Source of the DNA: Mantamonas sphyraenae STR306
Lineage: Eukaryota > Protista > CRuMs
Direction of reading: 5' to 3'
NCBI GenBank assembly: GCA_026936335.1
Contig: JAPMXV010000027.1
Coordinates: 124,001 to 188,000 of the forward strand
Length of the DNA stretch: 64,000 nucleotides
Part shown: piece by piece, positions 45,201-60,200 of the stretch
How positions within the stretch are numbered: position 1 is the first letter of the stretch
Layout: the number at the start of each line of letters is the position of its first letter
Translations under genes and position numbers: made by a program
The notes under the pieces: model-generated
What the model saw: only the letters and a program-made list of their open reading frames with translations
Told to the model about the DNA's origin: nothing
Databases searched by the model: none

Positions 45201-48200
45201 TCCAGGGCACTCTCACGGACGCCAACACGGCTCTGAACGGCATGATTTACACGCCAGACACCAACTTTTACGGCAGCGACACTCTGTTGGCGTGGGCGAG
45301 CGACAGTGGATTCGTGGGTTCCGGCGGTGAGCTCCTGGGCAACTCGAGCATTCCCATCACGGTCACAAGCCTGAACGATGCCCCAGAGGTGGATGCACCG
45401 GCCTCGTTGTCCGCCTCAGAAGACATCGAGTACACCATGACCAGCGTCTCTGTCACTGACGTCGACGTTGCGTCCAGCCCGCTGAGCGTAACCATGGGCG
45501 TCACGCAGGGTGTCCTCACGCTGAACGGCACGGCTGGCCTCACATTTACGCTGGGCGATGGCTCTGCCGATGCGACCATGCGATTTTCGGGTACGCTGAC
45601 AAACGTCAACGCAGCTCTCCAGGGCGCAGTATATGCGTCGACCCCCGAGTGGAATGGCGTCGACACGCTCAATCTGCAGGTGAATGACCAAGGCGCAACT
45701 GGCGCTGGTGGAGCACAGTCGGCTACCGTGAACATTCCCATCAACGTGGCCTCCATCAACGATGGCCCGGCCATCGACATTGGCGCAAACCAAACGATTG
45801 CCGAGGACACAGCAGCCACCATCACTGGATACACAGTATCCGACTCTGATCTTGGGCACAAAGTCCATGTACATTCGTCTGTCCACGACGAATGGTGTGA
45901 TCACGCTGAAGCAAACCACTGGTCTCGTGTTTGACACCGGCAGTGACGGCACACGCGATGCCACGCAGATTTTCACCGGTTCTCTCACCAATGTGCGCAA
46001 TGCAATTTCGCAAATTGTGTATGAACCCAACGCAGACTACTATGGCGTGGACGCAATCCGCGGAGAGACCAACGATTTCGGCTTCACCGGTGCAGGAGGT
46101 GCCCAGGGCGATCTCAAGTACCTGTATGTGACGGTGACCCCTGTGAACGACCCGCCCAGTTGGAACGTCCCACCACACGCACGCTCGATGAGGACACCGA
46201 ATTGACTGTGGGTGGCGGCGTGATCAACATTGCGGATGTCGACGGAAGCGGCGGAGACATTGAGACTCGTGTCACCGTCGATCAAGGACGCGTGGCGTTG
46301 GCCAACACCAATGGTTTGACATTTACCACGGGAACGGGTGCGTATGACACACAGATGATTTTTACGGGCACGTTGGACGCGACAAACCAAGGTCTGTACT
46401 TTTTCATCTACCGTCCGGATCAGGACTTTGCTGGCACCGCTACGGTGACGCTGTGGACGGATGACCGTGGAAATGTGGGCACCGGCCCGTCGTACCAACG
46501 CCAGACAACGCTGCAGTTTGTGGTGAATCCGCTCAATGACGAACCGCGTCTGCTCAACCCCATTGTGGGCACACAGACAGTGAGTGAGGACACCGACCTC
46601 ACCCTCACAGGCATTGGAGTCACAGACAACGACGTCACGACCCAGATGGTGGAGATCTCCTTGTCCGCTTCGTACGGTACGCTGACGCTGCCCACGACCA
46701 CTGGCTTTGTCTTTGGCGTGGGTGACGGTATCGCAGACGCCACGATGAAGTTTAACACGACCATGGCCAACTTCAACAGCAGCATGAGTGGCTCTGGCAT
46801 CGTGTACCGCGGCAACGCTCACTATTTTGGAAGCGATGTGATTTCACTCAATGTCAGCGACAATGGTATCAGCGGACTGCCTGGTGCCCGTACGGACAGC
46901 TCAACTATTGTTGTTTCTGTGGTCAGTATCAATGACGCTCCTTTGGTCACCGTGCCTGCAGCACAGGCTGTGAACGAAGACACGGATCTGACACTGAGCG
47001 CCGCCACGGCCATTTCGGTGAGCGACGTCGACGTGGGCGGCGCCAACGTGTACATGGAGCTCAATGTGACGCAAGGTGCCATCACATTCGTGAGTACCAC
47101 TGGAATCACTTTTGACAATGCATGCACAGGCACTGCCTGCGCCGTGGCCAAGCTGCACGCAGACCTGACTGCCCTCAACGCAGCCCTGGCGACCATTGTG
47201 TACCGCCCGGGAAGCCACTACAACGGTGCGGATACGCTGGGCGTGTATGCACACGACAACGGCGTGCAGGGTACTGGCGGCCAGCTTCAAGACTACAAGA
47301 CCGTGGCACTTACCGTCAACGCAGTCAACGACGCGCCGACCATCACTGCACCTGGATTGCAGGTGGTCACTGAAGACGAAAAGCGCTCACTGACCGGCCT
47401 CATTTCTGTTTCCGACGTGGACGTATTTGCAAACAACCTGCGCCTGAACCTGAGTGTGGCCAACGGCCAGCTGAGCCTCGACTCTGCTGTCGCCGGCTTG
47501 ACTGTGGTCCAAGGCAACGTGTCTGCAGATACCGACTTGCGTCTGCTTGGTACACTCACTGTGCTGAACAACGCCCTCAATGTGCTTTCGTACACACCGG
47601 GCCTGAATTTTGAGGGTGTCGACCAGCTGTCCATGGTAATCGACGACAACGGCTACACCGGCAGCGGAGGAGTGCTATCCACCTCTGTTCAAATGGCGCT
47701 TGGAGTCAATGGTGCAAACGATGCTCCGGTGGTCAATCTGCCTGCCACGCAGAGTGTGGCTGAGGACGTGGATCTGACCATCAGCGGCATCTCCATTGCC
47801 GACTCGGACATCGGTGCAAACCAAGGCCGCGTCCGATTGAACGTCAGCCATGGCGTACTCACCGTGGTTTCTACCTCGGGTCTGTCGTTCAACCTCGGTG
47901 ATGGATCTGCAGACACGGAAATGCAGTTCACCGGGACCATCACGCAGCTCAACCTGGCGCTGAGCTCAGTGATTTACCGCAACAACATCGACTACAACGG
48001 CGATGACACCATTCTCGTGGAGGCCAATGACCTGGGCAACACCGGCGTGGGTGGAGCCCTCACAGCTTCCCGCACGCTCACCGTCCAGGTGACGCCTGTG
48101 AACGACCGCCCTGCCATCACACCTGTGGGTGGAGTGAACGTGGACGAGGACACGGATCTGACGATCGTAGGTGTGCAAGTGACCGATATCGACGTCCTTG

Positions 48201-51200
48201 ACGGATCGATGGAGATGAACTTGACGGTGACGCATGGTGTGCTGACGAGCGTGAACGCAGGCGGCGTGACGTTTGTGTCTGGCACGAGCAACGGAGGACG
48301 CAGTCTGGTGCTGAACGGCACGGTGACGGCGCTGAACGCGGCCATCGGGCAGGTGGTGTACCACGGCGACCTGCACTTCTTTGGCAGCGACTCGCTCGAA
48401 CTGAGCGTGCGCGACAAGGGCAACACGGGAGCCGGCGGTGAGCAGACAGACAGCCAGAGTGTGGCGATCACTGTGAATGGTGTGAACGACGCGCTGGTGA
48501 TCACTCTGCCGAGTGCACAGAGTGTGGCTGAGGACACGGATCTGACGATTGGTGGCATCAGCGTGAGCGATGTGGACGTGGCCGGATTTGCGTTCCGAGT
48601 GAACGTGAGTGTGAGCGCAGGCAGCCTGTGGCTGGGCAGCACGACGGGTCTGACGTTTGGCAGTGGCGACGGAGTGAACGACACGTGGATTGTGTTTGAC
48701 GGGTCGATCACGGCTGTGAACGCAGCACTGTCGAACATGGTGTACCGTGGAGTGACACAGTACAACGGAGCAGACGGGCTTGTTGTGTGGGTGTCTGACC
48801 AGGGAGCAGTCGGCAGCGGTGGTGAGCAGGTGTCGAACAAGACACTTGTGATCAACGTGGTGGCTGTGAACGACGCACCTGTGCTGAGTGTGCCTGGGGC
48901 ACAGAGCACGGCCGAGGACACTGCGCTGACAGTGAGCGGCGTGAGTGTGGCGGACGTGGACGTTGCGGGCGGAGCGATGAACGTGAACGTGAGTGTGAGT
49001 GCTGGCCGAGTGTGGCTGGCGAGCACGAACGGCCTTGTGTTCAGTGCAGGCAACGGCAGCAGCGACGGACGGGTGGAGTTCAGCGGCAGCGTGACGGATG
49101 TGAACAACGCGCTGGCGACAGTTGTGTACATGCCGGACAGTGCGTTCAACGGAGTGGACAGCATTGTGGTGAGCGTGAACGACGGTGGCAACACGGGCAG
49201 TGGCGGAGTGCTTGGAGACAGTGGCAGCATTGTTGTGACTGTGTCGAGCGTGAACGACGCGCCTGTGCTGAGTGTGCCGAGTGGACAGAGCGGCGTTGAG
49301 GACACGGATCTGACGATTGGTGGCATCAGCGTGAGCGATGTGGATGCCGCAGCTGGACTTGTGGGCGTCAAGGTGGCCGCTGCACAGGGTACAGTGAGTC
49401 TGGGATCGCTGTCTGGAGTTGTGTTCAACGCTGGAGACGGCGTGCGTGACGCATTCATCGATTTCAACGCCACGTTGACAAACGCCAACGCCGCGCTTAA
49501 CAACCTGGTGTATCTGGGAAGCCAGCATCTTGTGGGTGACGACGTGATCGCCATCAACGTGACCGATTACGGAAACAGTGGCGTTGGAGGTGCACTGAGC
49601 GACAGCGCAAGCTTCGTCGTCACCCTCAGCGCAGTCAACGACGCACCAACCGTCATTTTGCCCAGCTCCCCGTCGGGCAACGAGGATTCAAACATTGCTG
49701 TCGCCGGCATCAGCGTGAGCGATGTGGATGTGGCAGACAACCTCCTGGCGGTCAACCTGACTGCCGGTTCAGGCACCCTCAGTCTTGTCACTTTCGACGG
49801 CATCTCGCTTACTGGAGCCAGCACCGGTACAAATGACGCCGTTCTTGCCTTTGCGGGCAACATCACTTCGGTGAACAACGCTCTGGCGAACATCCTGTAC
49901 CGTGGGGACGCCAACTTTAATGGCGTCGACCAAATTGTGGTTGGCGTGGAAGACGGTGGCGCTGTTGGCACAGGTGGCTCTCTCTACGCACAGGCATCGT
50001 TGGCCATCACCGTCAACGGAGTCAACGATGCCCCGACACTGCAGGTGCCTGCGACGCAAAGTGTCCTCGAGGGCACGACCGTCACCATGGCCGGACTGAC
50101 GTTGTCGGACATCGACGCCGCCAGTGGAACCATGGAATTGCAGCTGCAGGTGACGAGTGGTCTTCTCACGCTGAATGGTGCCACGACTGGACTGACTTTT
50201 GTCACGGGCGGGCCGTCTCTGAATGCTCTCATGGTTTTCCGAGGCACGCTCTCTCAGCTGAACACGTCGGTGAGCAGTCTGGTGTACGAGCCTGCGCAGT
50301 ATTTCAATGGTCAGGACACCGTCAGCGTCTTGTTGTCGGACCTCGGCTTCACGGGCATTGGCGGCACTCTGTCCACGCAAGGGTCGTTCAACATCACTGT
50401 GACCCCGTACAACAACGCACCGACCATCGCTGTGCCCGGGGCGCAGAGCACCGAAGAGGACACCCTTGTCAACATCGTGGGTGTCAGCGTCTCCGATATT
50501 GATGCAGGTGCCACTCCGGTCAGTGTCAACGCTAGCGCCGCAAACGGTGTCATTGTGCTCGCCTCTACAACAGGCATCACATTCACCACGGGCGACAACT
50601 CAGGAGTTGCACTCATGCGATTCACCGGCACGTTGACGGATGTGAACACGGCTCTTGCCACTCTGGCGTACACTCCCAACAACAACTACTTTGGTACAGA
50701 CACCATCTCTGTGGGCGTGAACGACAACGGAGGCACAGGTGAAGGCGGGCCGGCAAGCTCTGCCAGCTCGTTCACCGTGCTCGTCAATGCAGTCAACGAC
50801 AACATGAACATAACGGTTCTGGGTGCACAAACAGTCAACGAAGACACTGATCTGACTCTGTTTGGCATCACCCTGACGGACCAGGACGTGGGCACGAACG
50901 AGATCCTGGTCAATTTGACCACGAACATCGGCACCCTTACTTTGTCCAACACAACCGGGTTGACGTTTCTATCTCGGCAACGGGACGGCAGACTCCAACA
51001 TGCAGCTCTTGGGCTCGCTGGCCATCATCAACGACGCCCTGCACGGAGCCGTGTACCGCAGTTTGCTCAACCAGAACGGCGCAGACACACTGGACATTTG
51101 GGTGTCCGACCGTGGCTTTGGCAGCGCGAATGGCACTGTGACCATCAGCCAGAAAGCGCAGATCATCAACGTGGCCCCGGTGAACGACGCACCTGTGCTC

Positions 51201-54200
51201 ACACCCAGCCCTGCCTCGGTTTCCGTCGATGAAGACAGTCAGCTTACCCTGTCTGGCATTTCCGTCGCAGACGTCGACGTGGCCGCGTCCTCTCTTTTCT
51301 TCAACTTCACTGTGTCCAGGGGCTCACTTTCGCTGGGAAGTACGACCGGTTTGTTGTTCACCCTTGGCGCCGGATCAGGTGACAAGGCCATGCACTTCAC
51401 CGCCACCACAACCCAGTTTGCAAGTGCCATCGCCGCAGCTGGCCTCGTGTACCAACCGGACCCGAACTACAATGGAGTGGATGTCCTCCACCTCCTCGTG
51501 TCCGACCAGGGCGCAACAGGCTCCGGTGGCGCTCTCACGGATACCGCTACAACCGTTATCACAGTCAATGCGGTCAACGACGGACCGACCGTCGTCGTGC
51601 CGAGCTCCCAGAGCGCTGTGGAGGATGTTCAGTTGACCATTGCTGGCATTTCAGTGTCGGACATTGATGCAGGCGCATCGCTGGTGACCGTCAACGCGAG
51701 TGTCTCCAACGGACAGATCTGGCTTCGAAACACGACTTCCTTGATCTTTGCGCTTGGCAGCGGATCTGCAGATGTGGATGTGCGCTTCCGTGGTACGCTC
51801 ACCGCCGTCAACGAGGCCTTGAGTAGCGTGGTCTACCTGGCACAGTCTCACTACAACGGAGCGGACACCCTCGTGATCAACGTCGATGACAACGGCAACA
51901 GTGGCTCCGGTGGGTTGCTTACAGCATCCGCCTCCGTTCCGCTTTCCGTCGCTGCAGTCAACGACGCCCCGGTGTTGACGGTGCCTGCTGCCCAGAGCAC
52001 GAATGAGGACGCAGCGCCCCTGGTGATCTCGGGTATCAGCGTCACCGACGTGGATGCGGGAGCAAACGCGATGCAGTTCAACATGTCCGTGTCCAGCGGC
52101 ACCATCACGATTCCTACAACCGCAGGGCTCACCTTCGTTGTCGGTGACGGTGTCAACGACCGATTTGTCTCGTTTACGACCTCAATGACCAACTTCAACA
52201 CCAGCATGACCACGGGAGGCGTCGCGTACTCGGGCGACCTGAACTTTGAGGGAACGGACACCTTGCTTGTAGTCGTCAGCGATCTCGGCAACACCGGCGG
52301 CGTCGCTCTGACAAACACAGGCTCTGTCACCATCACGGTCAATGCTGTGAACGACGCCCCACTCATTACTGTGCCTGGCGCCCAGGTGGTAAACGAAGAG
52401 TCCGACCTGCTGGTGTCAGGCATCAGCGTTGCAGACGTCGATGTGGCAACCGGCTCCATGTCCTTCAACGCCAGCGTGTCCAACGGTATCATCCGCCTCG
52501 GGTCATCGGTGCCCTCTCTGACCTCGATCAGTGGCAACAACTCTGCGTCGTTGTCGTTCACCGGCTCGCTCACGGCGCTGAACAACGCCCTGGCCACGCT
52601 TGTGTATCGTGGCAGTGTGAACTTCCAGGGCGTGGACACGCTGCTCTTGGGTGTGCGAGACAACGGCAACACGGGAAGCGGCGGTGAGCTCAGTCACGCT
52701 GCCTCTGTTTCTATCACCGTGGCGGAAGTTAATGACCCGCCCGTTCTCACAGCACCCTCGAGTGCAACTGCCAACGAAGATGTTGACGTGACCATTGGTG
52801 GTGTGTCTGTTGCAGACCCGGATGTCGGTGGTGGCCTCATGTCCTTCAACATCAGCGTGAGCAATGGCGTGCTCACGCTGCCGAACCGAAACAGTGGTGA
52901 AGTTTTCGTTGTTGGCGACGGCGTTCAAGATGGAACCATCCACCTGCTGGGCAACGTGACCACAATCAACGCGGTGTCCAGCGCCATTGTCTACCGCGCC
53001 AATGAGAACTACAACGGACCGGATACCCTCAGCGTGTTTGTCAGCGATCGTGGACACTCCGGCTCTGGTGGAGCTCTTTCGGATTCCGCGAACGTGGCGA
53101 TCACGGTTGTGGCCGTGAACGACGGCCCTGTGCTGAGTGTTGTGTCTGCACAGAGTGTGGCTGAGGACGTGGATCTGACGATCAACGGCATCAGCGTGAC
53201 GGACGTGGACGTTGCAGGCAACGCATTCCAGGCGAACGTGAGCGTGAGCCAGGGTGTGGTGACCGCAGTGACGACGACGGGCCTGACATTCAGTGTTGGC
53301 GACGGTGCGTCGGACGCGACGATGAGCTTCACGGGCACGCTGACCCAGGTGCAGACTGCACTGGGTGTGCTGGTGTACCGCGGGGCACAGGATTACAACG
53401 GCGCAGACACGCTTGTGGTGCGCGTGAGTGACCTGGGCAACGTGGGTGTGGGTGGAGAGTTGACAGACAGCGGCAGCGTGGGCATCACGGTGACGCAGGT
53501 GAACGACCGCCCTGCCATCACACCTGTGGGTGGAGTGAACGTGGACGAGGACACGGATCTGACGATTGCAGGCATCACTGTGACGGACATTGACGTGGGC
53601 GGAGAGTCCATGGAGATGAACTTGACGGTGACGCATGGTGTGCTGACAAGCGTGAACGCAGGTGGCGTGACGTTTGTGTCTGGCACGAGCAACGGAGGAC
53701 GCAGTCTGGTGCTGAACGGCACGGTGACGGCCCTGAACGCGGCCATTGGGCAAGTGGTGTACCACGGCGACCTGCACTTCTTTGGCAGCGACTCGCTCGA
53801 ACTGAGCGTGCGCGACAAGGGCAACACGGGAGCCGGCGGTGAGCAGACAGACAGCCAGAGTGTGGCGATCACTGTGAATGGTGTGAACGATGCGCTGGTG
53901 ATCACTCTGCCGAGTGCACAGAGTGTGGCTGAGGACACGGATCTGACGATTGGCGGCATCAGCGTGAGCGATGTGGACGTGGCCGGATTTGCGTTCCGAG
54001 TGAACGTGAGTGTGAGCGCAGGCAGCCTGTGGCTGGGCAGCACGACGGGTCTGACGTTTGGCAGTGGCGACGGAGTGAACGACACGTGGATTGTGTTTGA
54101 CGGGTCGATCACGGCTGTGAACGCAGCACTGTCGAACATGGTGTACCGTGGAGTGACACAGTACAACGGAGCAGACGGGCTTGTTGTGTGGGTGTCTGAC

Positions 54201-57200
54201 CAGGGAGCAGTCGGGAGCGGTGGTGAGCAGGTGTCGAACAAGACGCTTGTGATCAACGTGGTGGCTGTGAACGATGCACCTGTGCTGAGTGTGCCTGGGG
54301 CACAGAGCACGGCCGAGGACACTGCGCTGACAGTGAGCGGCGTGAGTGTGGCGGACGTGGACGTTGCGGCGGAGCGATGAACGTGAACGTGAGTGTGAGT
54401 GCTGGCCGAGTGTGGCTGGCGAGCACGAACGGCCTTGTGTTCAGTGCAGGCAACGGCAGCAGCGACGGACGGGTGGAGTTCAGCGGCAGCGTGACGGATG
54501 TGAACAACGCGCTGGCGACTGTTGTGTACATGCCGGACAGTGCGTTCAACGGAGTGGACAGCATTGTGGTGAGCGTGAACGACGGTGGCAACACGGGCAG
54601 TGGCGGAGTGCTTGGAGACAGTGGCAGCATTGTTGTGACTGTGCTGAGCGTGAACGACGCGCCTGTGCTGAGTGTGCCGAGTGGACAGAGCGGCGTTGAG
54701 GACACGGATCTGACGATTGGTGGGATCAGCGTGAGCGATGTGGACATTGCGGGCAGTCTGCTGCTGGTGAACGTGAGCGCAAGCCAGGGTGTGGTGACAC
54801 TGGGCAGCATGAGCGGCGTGACGATTGTGGACGGAGCAGCATCGGGCACGAAGGATGTGCGCTTTGTTGCGACGCTGACAAACGCAAACGCGGCGCTGAA
54901 CAACATTGTGTACCGTGGAGACGCGGAGTACAATGGAGGAGACACGATCACGGTGACAGTGAACGACCAGGGCGCTAGTGGCACGGGCGGAGCACTGGGT
55001 GACACGCGCACGATTGGTGTGAGTGTGAGTGCGGTGAACGACGCGCCTGTGCTGACTGTGCCTGGACCGCTACAGGTGAGTGAGGACACTGGGCTCACTT
55101 TCAGCGGTATTTCCGTCTCAGATCTGGACGTTGGTTCTGGACTGCTGGAAGTTCGTTTGAATAGCAGCATCGGCGTCATGTGGCTGATCAACAATGGCGG
55201 ACTGGTGTTTACTTCCGAGTGCACAAACGGTCGCAATTGCAAGTACATGCGCTTTCAAGGTACATTGACGCAGGTATCTGCCGCTCTCAGTCCCATGTTC
55301 TACGAGGGAGATCCTCAAACATTCGGAGAGGAAGCACTCGTTCTACAAGTCTCCGATCTTGGAAACACTGGGTTTGGTGGAGAAAATGTGGTCAAAAGCG
55401 CCATCAACATCACGGTGGTGAATGTGAATGACCTTCCAGTGCCAATCGTTCCCAGCGTTTTCACTGCCTTTGAGGATACACAACTGAACATCTCGGGACT
55501 CTCGGTAACCGACATCGATTCGACGACCCAGTACATTAATATCACCGTGGAACATGGAACCATTCAACTCGTTCAAACACAAGGATTGGCAATTGTCGAA
55601 AACGTTAACGGAACGGAATCGATCAACGGAACGAATCAGATTCTCAAATTCTATGGAAGCATTACCTCCGTCAACAATGCCATCCACTCGTTCCTGTACA
55701 ACCCACCACCAGGGTACAGCGGCAGCGACCTCATTCTCTTCAACTTCCACGACCAACCAGGTGCTCGTGAAAACGTTGAAACAGAAAACATACAACTGCC
55801 CATCTACATTACCATCCTGGCAGTCAACAACGGCCCTGTGCTGAGTGTTGTGTCTGCACAGAGTGTGGCTGAGGACGTGGATCTAACGATCAACGGCATC
55901 AGCGTGACGGACGTGGACGTTGCAGGGAACGCATTGCAGGCGAACGTGAGCGTGAGCCAGGGTGTGGTGACCGCAGTGACGACGACGGGCCTGACATTCA
56001 GTGTTGGCGACGGTGCGTCGGACGCGACGATGAGCTTCACGGGCACGCTGACCCAGGTGCAGACGGCACTGGGTGTGCTGGTGTACCGCGGGGCACAGGA
56101 TTACAACGGCGCAGACACGCTTGTGGTGCGCGTGAGTGACCTGGGCAACGTGGGTGTGGGTGGAGAGTTGACAGACAGCGGCAGCGTGGGCATCACGGTG
56201 ACGCCTGTGAACGACCGCCCTGCCATCACACCTGTGGGTGGAGTGAACGTGGACGAGGACACGGATCTGACGATTGCAGGCATCACTGTGACGGACATTG
56301 ACGTGGGCGGAGAGTCGATGGAGATGAACTTGACGGTGACGCATGGTGTGTTGACGAGCGTGAACGCAGGCGGCGTGACGTTTGTGTCTGGCACGAGCAA
56401 CGGAGGACGCAGTCTGGTGCTGAACGGCACGGTGACGGGGCTGAATGCGGCCATTGGGCAAGTGGTGTACCACGGCGACCTGCACTTCTTTGGCAGCGAC
56501 TCGCTCGAACTGAGCGTGCGCGACAAGGGCAACACGGGAGCCGGCGGTGAGCAGACAGACAGCCAGAGTGTGGCGATCACTGTGAATGGTGTGAACGATG
56601 CGCTGGTGATCACTCTGCCGAGTGCACAGAGTGTGGCTGAGGACACGGATCTGACGATTGGCGGCATCAGCGTGAGCGATGTGGACGTGGCCGGATTTGC
56701 GTTCCGAGTGAACGTGAGTGTGAGCGCAGGCAGCCTGTGGCTGGGCAGCACGACGGGTCTGACGTTTGGCAGTGGCGACGGAGTGAACGACACGTGGATT
56801 GTGTTTGACGGGTCGATCACGGCTGTGAACGCAGCACTGTCGAACATGGTGTACCGTGGAGTGACACAGTACAACGGAGCAGACGGGCTTGTTGTGTGGG
56901 TGTCTGACCAGGGAGCAGTCGGGAGCGGTGGTGAGCAGGTGTCGAACAAGACGCTTGTGATCAACGTGGTGGCTGTGAACGACGCACCTGTGCTGAGTGT
57001 GCCTGGGGCACAGAGCACGGCCGAGGACACTGCGCTGACAGTGAGCGGCGTGAGTGTGGCGGACGTGGACGTTGCGGGCGGAGCGATGAACGTGAACGTG
57101 AGTGTGAGTGCTGGCCGAGTGTGGCTGGCGAGCACGAACGGCCTTGTGTTCAGTGCAGGCAACGGCAGCAGCGACGGACGGGTGGAGTTCAGTGGCAGCG

Positions 57201-60200
57201 TGACGGATGTGAACAACGCGCTGGCGACAGTTGTGTACATGCCGGACAGTGCGTTCAACGGAGTGGACAGCATTGTGGTGAGCGTGAACGACGGTGGCAA
57301 CACGGGCAGTGGCGGAGTGCTTGGAGACAATGGCAGCATTGTTGTGACTGTGCTGAGCGTGAACGACGCGCCTGTGCTGAGTGTGCCGAGTGGACAGAGC
57401 GGCGTTGAGGACACGGATCTGACGATTGGTGGGATCAGCGTGAGCGATGTGGACATTGCGGGCAGTCTGCTGCTGGTGAACGTGAGCGCAAGCCAGGGTG
57501 TGGTGACACTGGGCAGCATGAGCGGCGTGACGATTGTGGACGGAGCGGCATCGGGCACGAAGGATGTGCGCTTTGTGGCGACGCTGACAAACGCAAACGC
57601 GGCGCTGAACAACATTGTGTACCGTGGAGACGCGGAGTACAATGGAGGAGACACGATCACGGTGACAGTGAACGACCAGGGAGCAAGTGGCACGGGTGGA
57701 GCACTGGGCGACACACGCACGATTGGTGTGAGTGTGAGTGCGGTGAACGACGCGCCTGTGCTGACTGTGCCTGGTGGACAGAACGTGAACGAAGAGACCG
57801 ACCTGACGATCGGCGGTATCAGCGTGGCAGATGTGGACGCAGCAGCCGGTGTGGTTGCCGTGAACGTGAGTGTGACGTCTGGTCAGATGTGGCTGGGCAG
57901 CACGAGTGGCCTTGTGTTTGGTGCTGGCAACGGCAGCAGCGACGCAACGGTGCGTTTCACGGGCACGTTGACCAACGTGAACGCGGCGCTGACGAACCTG
58001 GTGTATCGTGGCAACGTGAACTTCCAGGGCACGGACAGCGTGGTGTTGAGTGTGAACGATCTGGGCAACACGGGCGCGGGTGGAGCGCTGGGTGACAGTG
58101 CCGTGATTGTGGTGACTGTGGCCGAAGTGAACGATGCGCCTGTGCTGACGGCACCGGCCACTGTGAGTGTGAACGAAGACACGAGCAGTGCCATTGGCGG
58201 TCTGAGCGTGGTCGATGGCGACGTTGGCAGCGCGCGCATGCAACTGCGTCTGAGTGTGTCACAGGGTGTGTTGAGCCTGGGTAGCACAAGCGGACTGTTG
58301 TTTGCTGTTGGTGACGGCGTGTCTGACAGCACGATTGAGTGCAACGGCACGGTGACGGATGTGAACGCGGCTTTGGGCAGCGTGACGTACGTGGCAAACA
58401 GCAACTACAACGGAGCGGATACGCTGGCTGTGTTTGTGGACGACCTCGGCAACAGTGGTCTGGGAGGAGCACTGAACGACACGGCGAACGTGGCGATCAC
58501 AGTTGTGGCTGTGAACGACGGCCCTGTGCTGAGTGTTGTGTCTGCACAGAGTGTTGCTGAGGACGTGGATCTGACGATCAACGGCATCAGCGTGACGGAC
58601 GTGGACGTTGCAGGGAACGCATTGCAGGCGAACGTGAGCGTGAGCCAGGGTGTGGTGACCGCAGTGACGACGACGGGCCTGACATTCAGTGTGGGCGACG
58701 GTGCGTCGGACGCGACGATGAGCTTCACGGGCACGCTGACCCAGGTGCAGACGGCACTGGGTGTGCTGGTGTACCGCGGGGCACAGGATTACAACGGCGC
58801 AGACACGCTTGTGGTGCGCGTGAGTGACCTGGGCAACGTGGGTGTGGGTGGAGAGTTGACAGACAGCGGCAGCGTGGGCATCACGGTGACGCCTGTGAAC
58901 GACCGCCCTGCCATCACACCTGTGGGTGGAGTGAACGTGGACGAGGACACGGATCTGACGATCGCAGGCATCAGTGTGACGGACATTGACGTGGGCGGAG
59001 AGTCGATGGAGATGAACTTGACGGTGACGCATGGTGTGCTGACGAGCGTGAACGCAGGCGGCGTGACGTTTGTGTCTGGCACGAGCAACGGAGGACGCAG
59101 TCTGGTGCTGAACGGCACGGTGACGGGGCTGAATGCGGCCATTGGGCAAGTGGTGTACCACGGCGACCTGCACTTCTTTGGCAGCGACTCGCTCGAACTG
59201 AGCGTGCGCGACAAGGGCAACACGGGAGCCGGCGGTGAGCAGACAGACAGCCAGAGTGTGGCGATCACTGTGAATGGTGTGAACGATGCGCTGGTGATCA
59301 CTCTGCCGAGTGCACAGAGTGTGGCTGAGGACACGGATCTGACGATTGGCGGCATCAGCGTGAGCGATGTGGACGTGGCCGGATTTGCGTTCCGAGTGAA
59401 CGTGAGTGTGAGCGCAGGCAGCCTGTGGCTGGGCAGCACGACGGGTCTGACGTTTGGCAGTGGCGACGGAGTGAACGACACGTGGATTGTGTTTGACGGG
59501 TCGATCACGGCTGTGAACGCAGCACTGTCGAACATGGTGTACCGTGGAGTGACACAGTACAACGGAGCAGACGGGCTTGTTGTGTGGGTGTCTGACCAGG
59601 GAGCAGTCGGGAGCGGTGGTGAGCAGGTGTCGAACAAGACGCTTGTGATCAACGTGGTGGCTGTGAACGACGCACCTGTGCTGAGTGTGCCTGGGGCACA
59701 GAGCACGGCCGAGGATACTGCGCTGACAGTGAGCGGCGTAAGTGTGGCGGACGTGGACGTTGCGGGCGGAGCGATGAACGTGAACGTGAGTGTGAGTGCT
59801 GGCCGAGTGTGGCTGGCGAGCACGAACGGCCTTGTGTTCAGTGCAGGCAACGGCAGCAGCGACGGACGGGTGGAGTTCAGTGGCAGCGTGACGGATGTGA
59901 ACAACGCGCTGGCGACTGTTGTGTACATGCCGGACAGTGCGTTCAACGGAGTGGACAGCATTGTGGTGAGCGTGAACGACGGTGGCAACACGGGCAGTGG
60001 CGGAGTGCTTGGAGACAGTGGCAGCATTGTTGTGACTGTGCTGAGCGTGAACGACGCGCCTGTGCTGAGTGTGCCGAGTGGACAGAGCGGCGTTGAGGAC
60101 ACGGATCTGACGATTGGTGGGATCAGCGTGAGCGATGTGGACATTGCGGGCAGTCTGCTGCTGGTGAACGTGAGCGCAAGCCAGGGTGTGGTGACACTGG

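Noticed and set aside
44570-54380. Cluster of several separate adhesin genes, a pseudogene, or programmed frameshifting
   Set aside because: Repeat register continues exactly across each break. There are no new signal peptides, no in-frame nonsense decay and no shared slippery motif, and shifts go in both directions.
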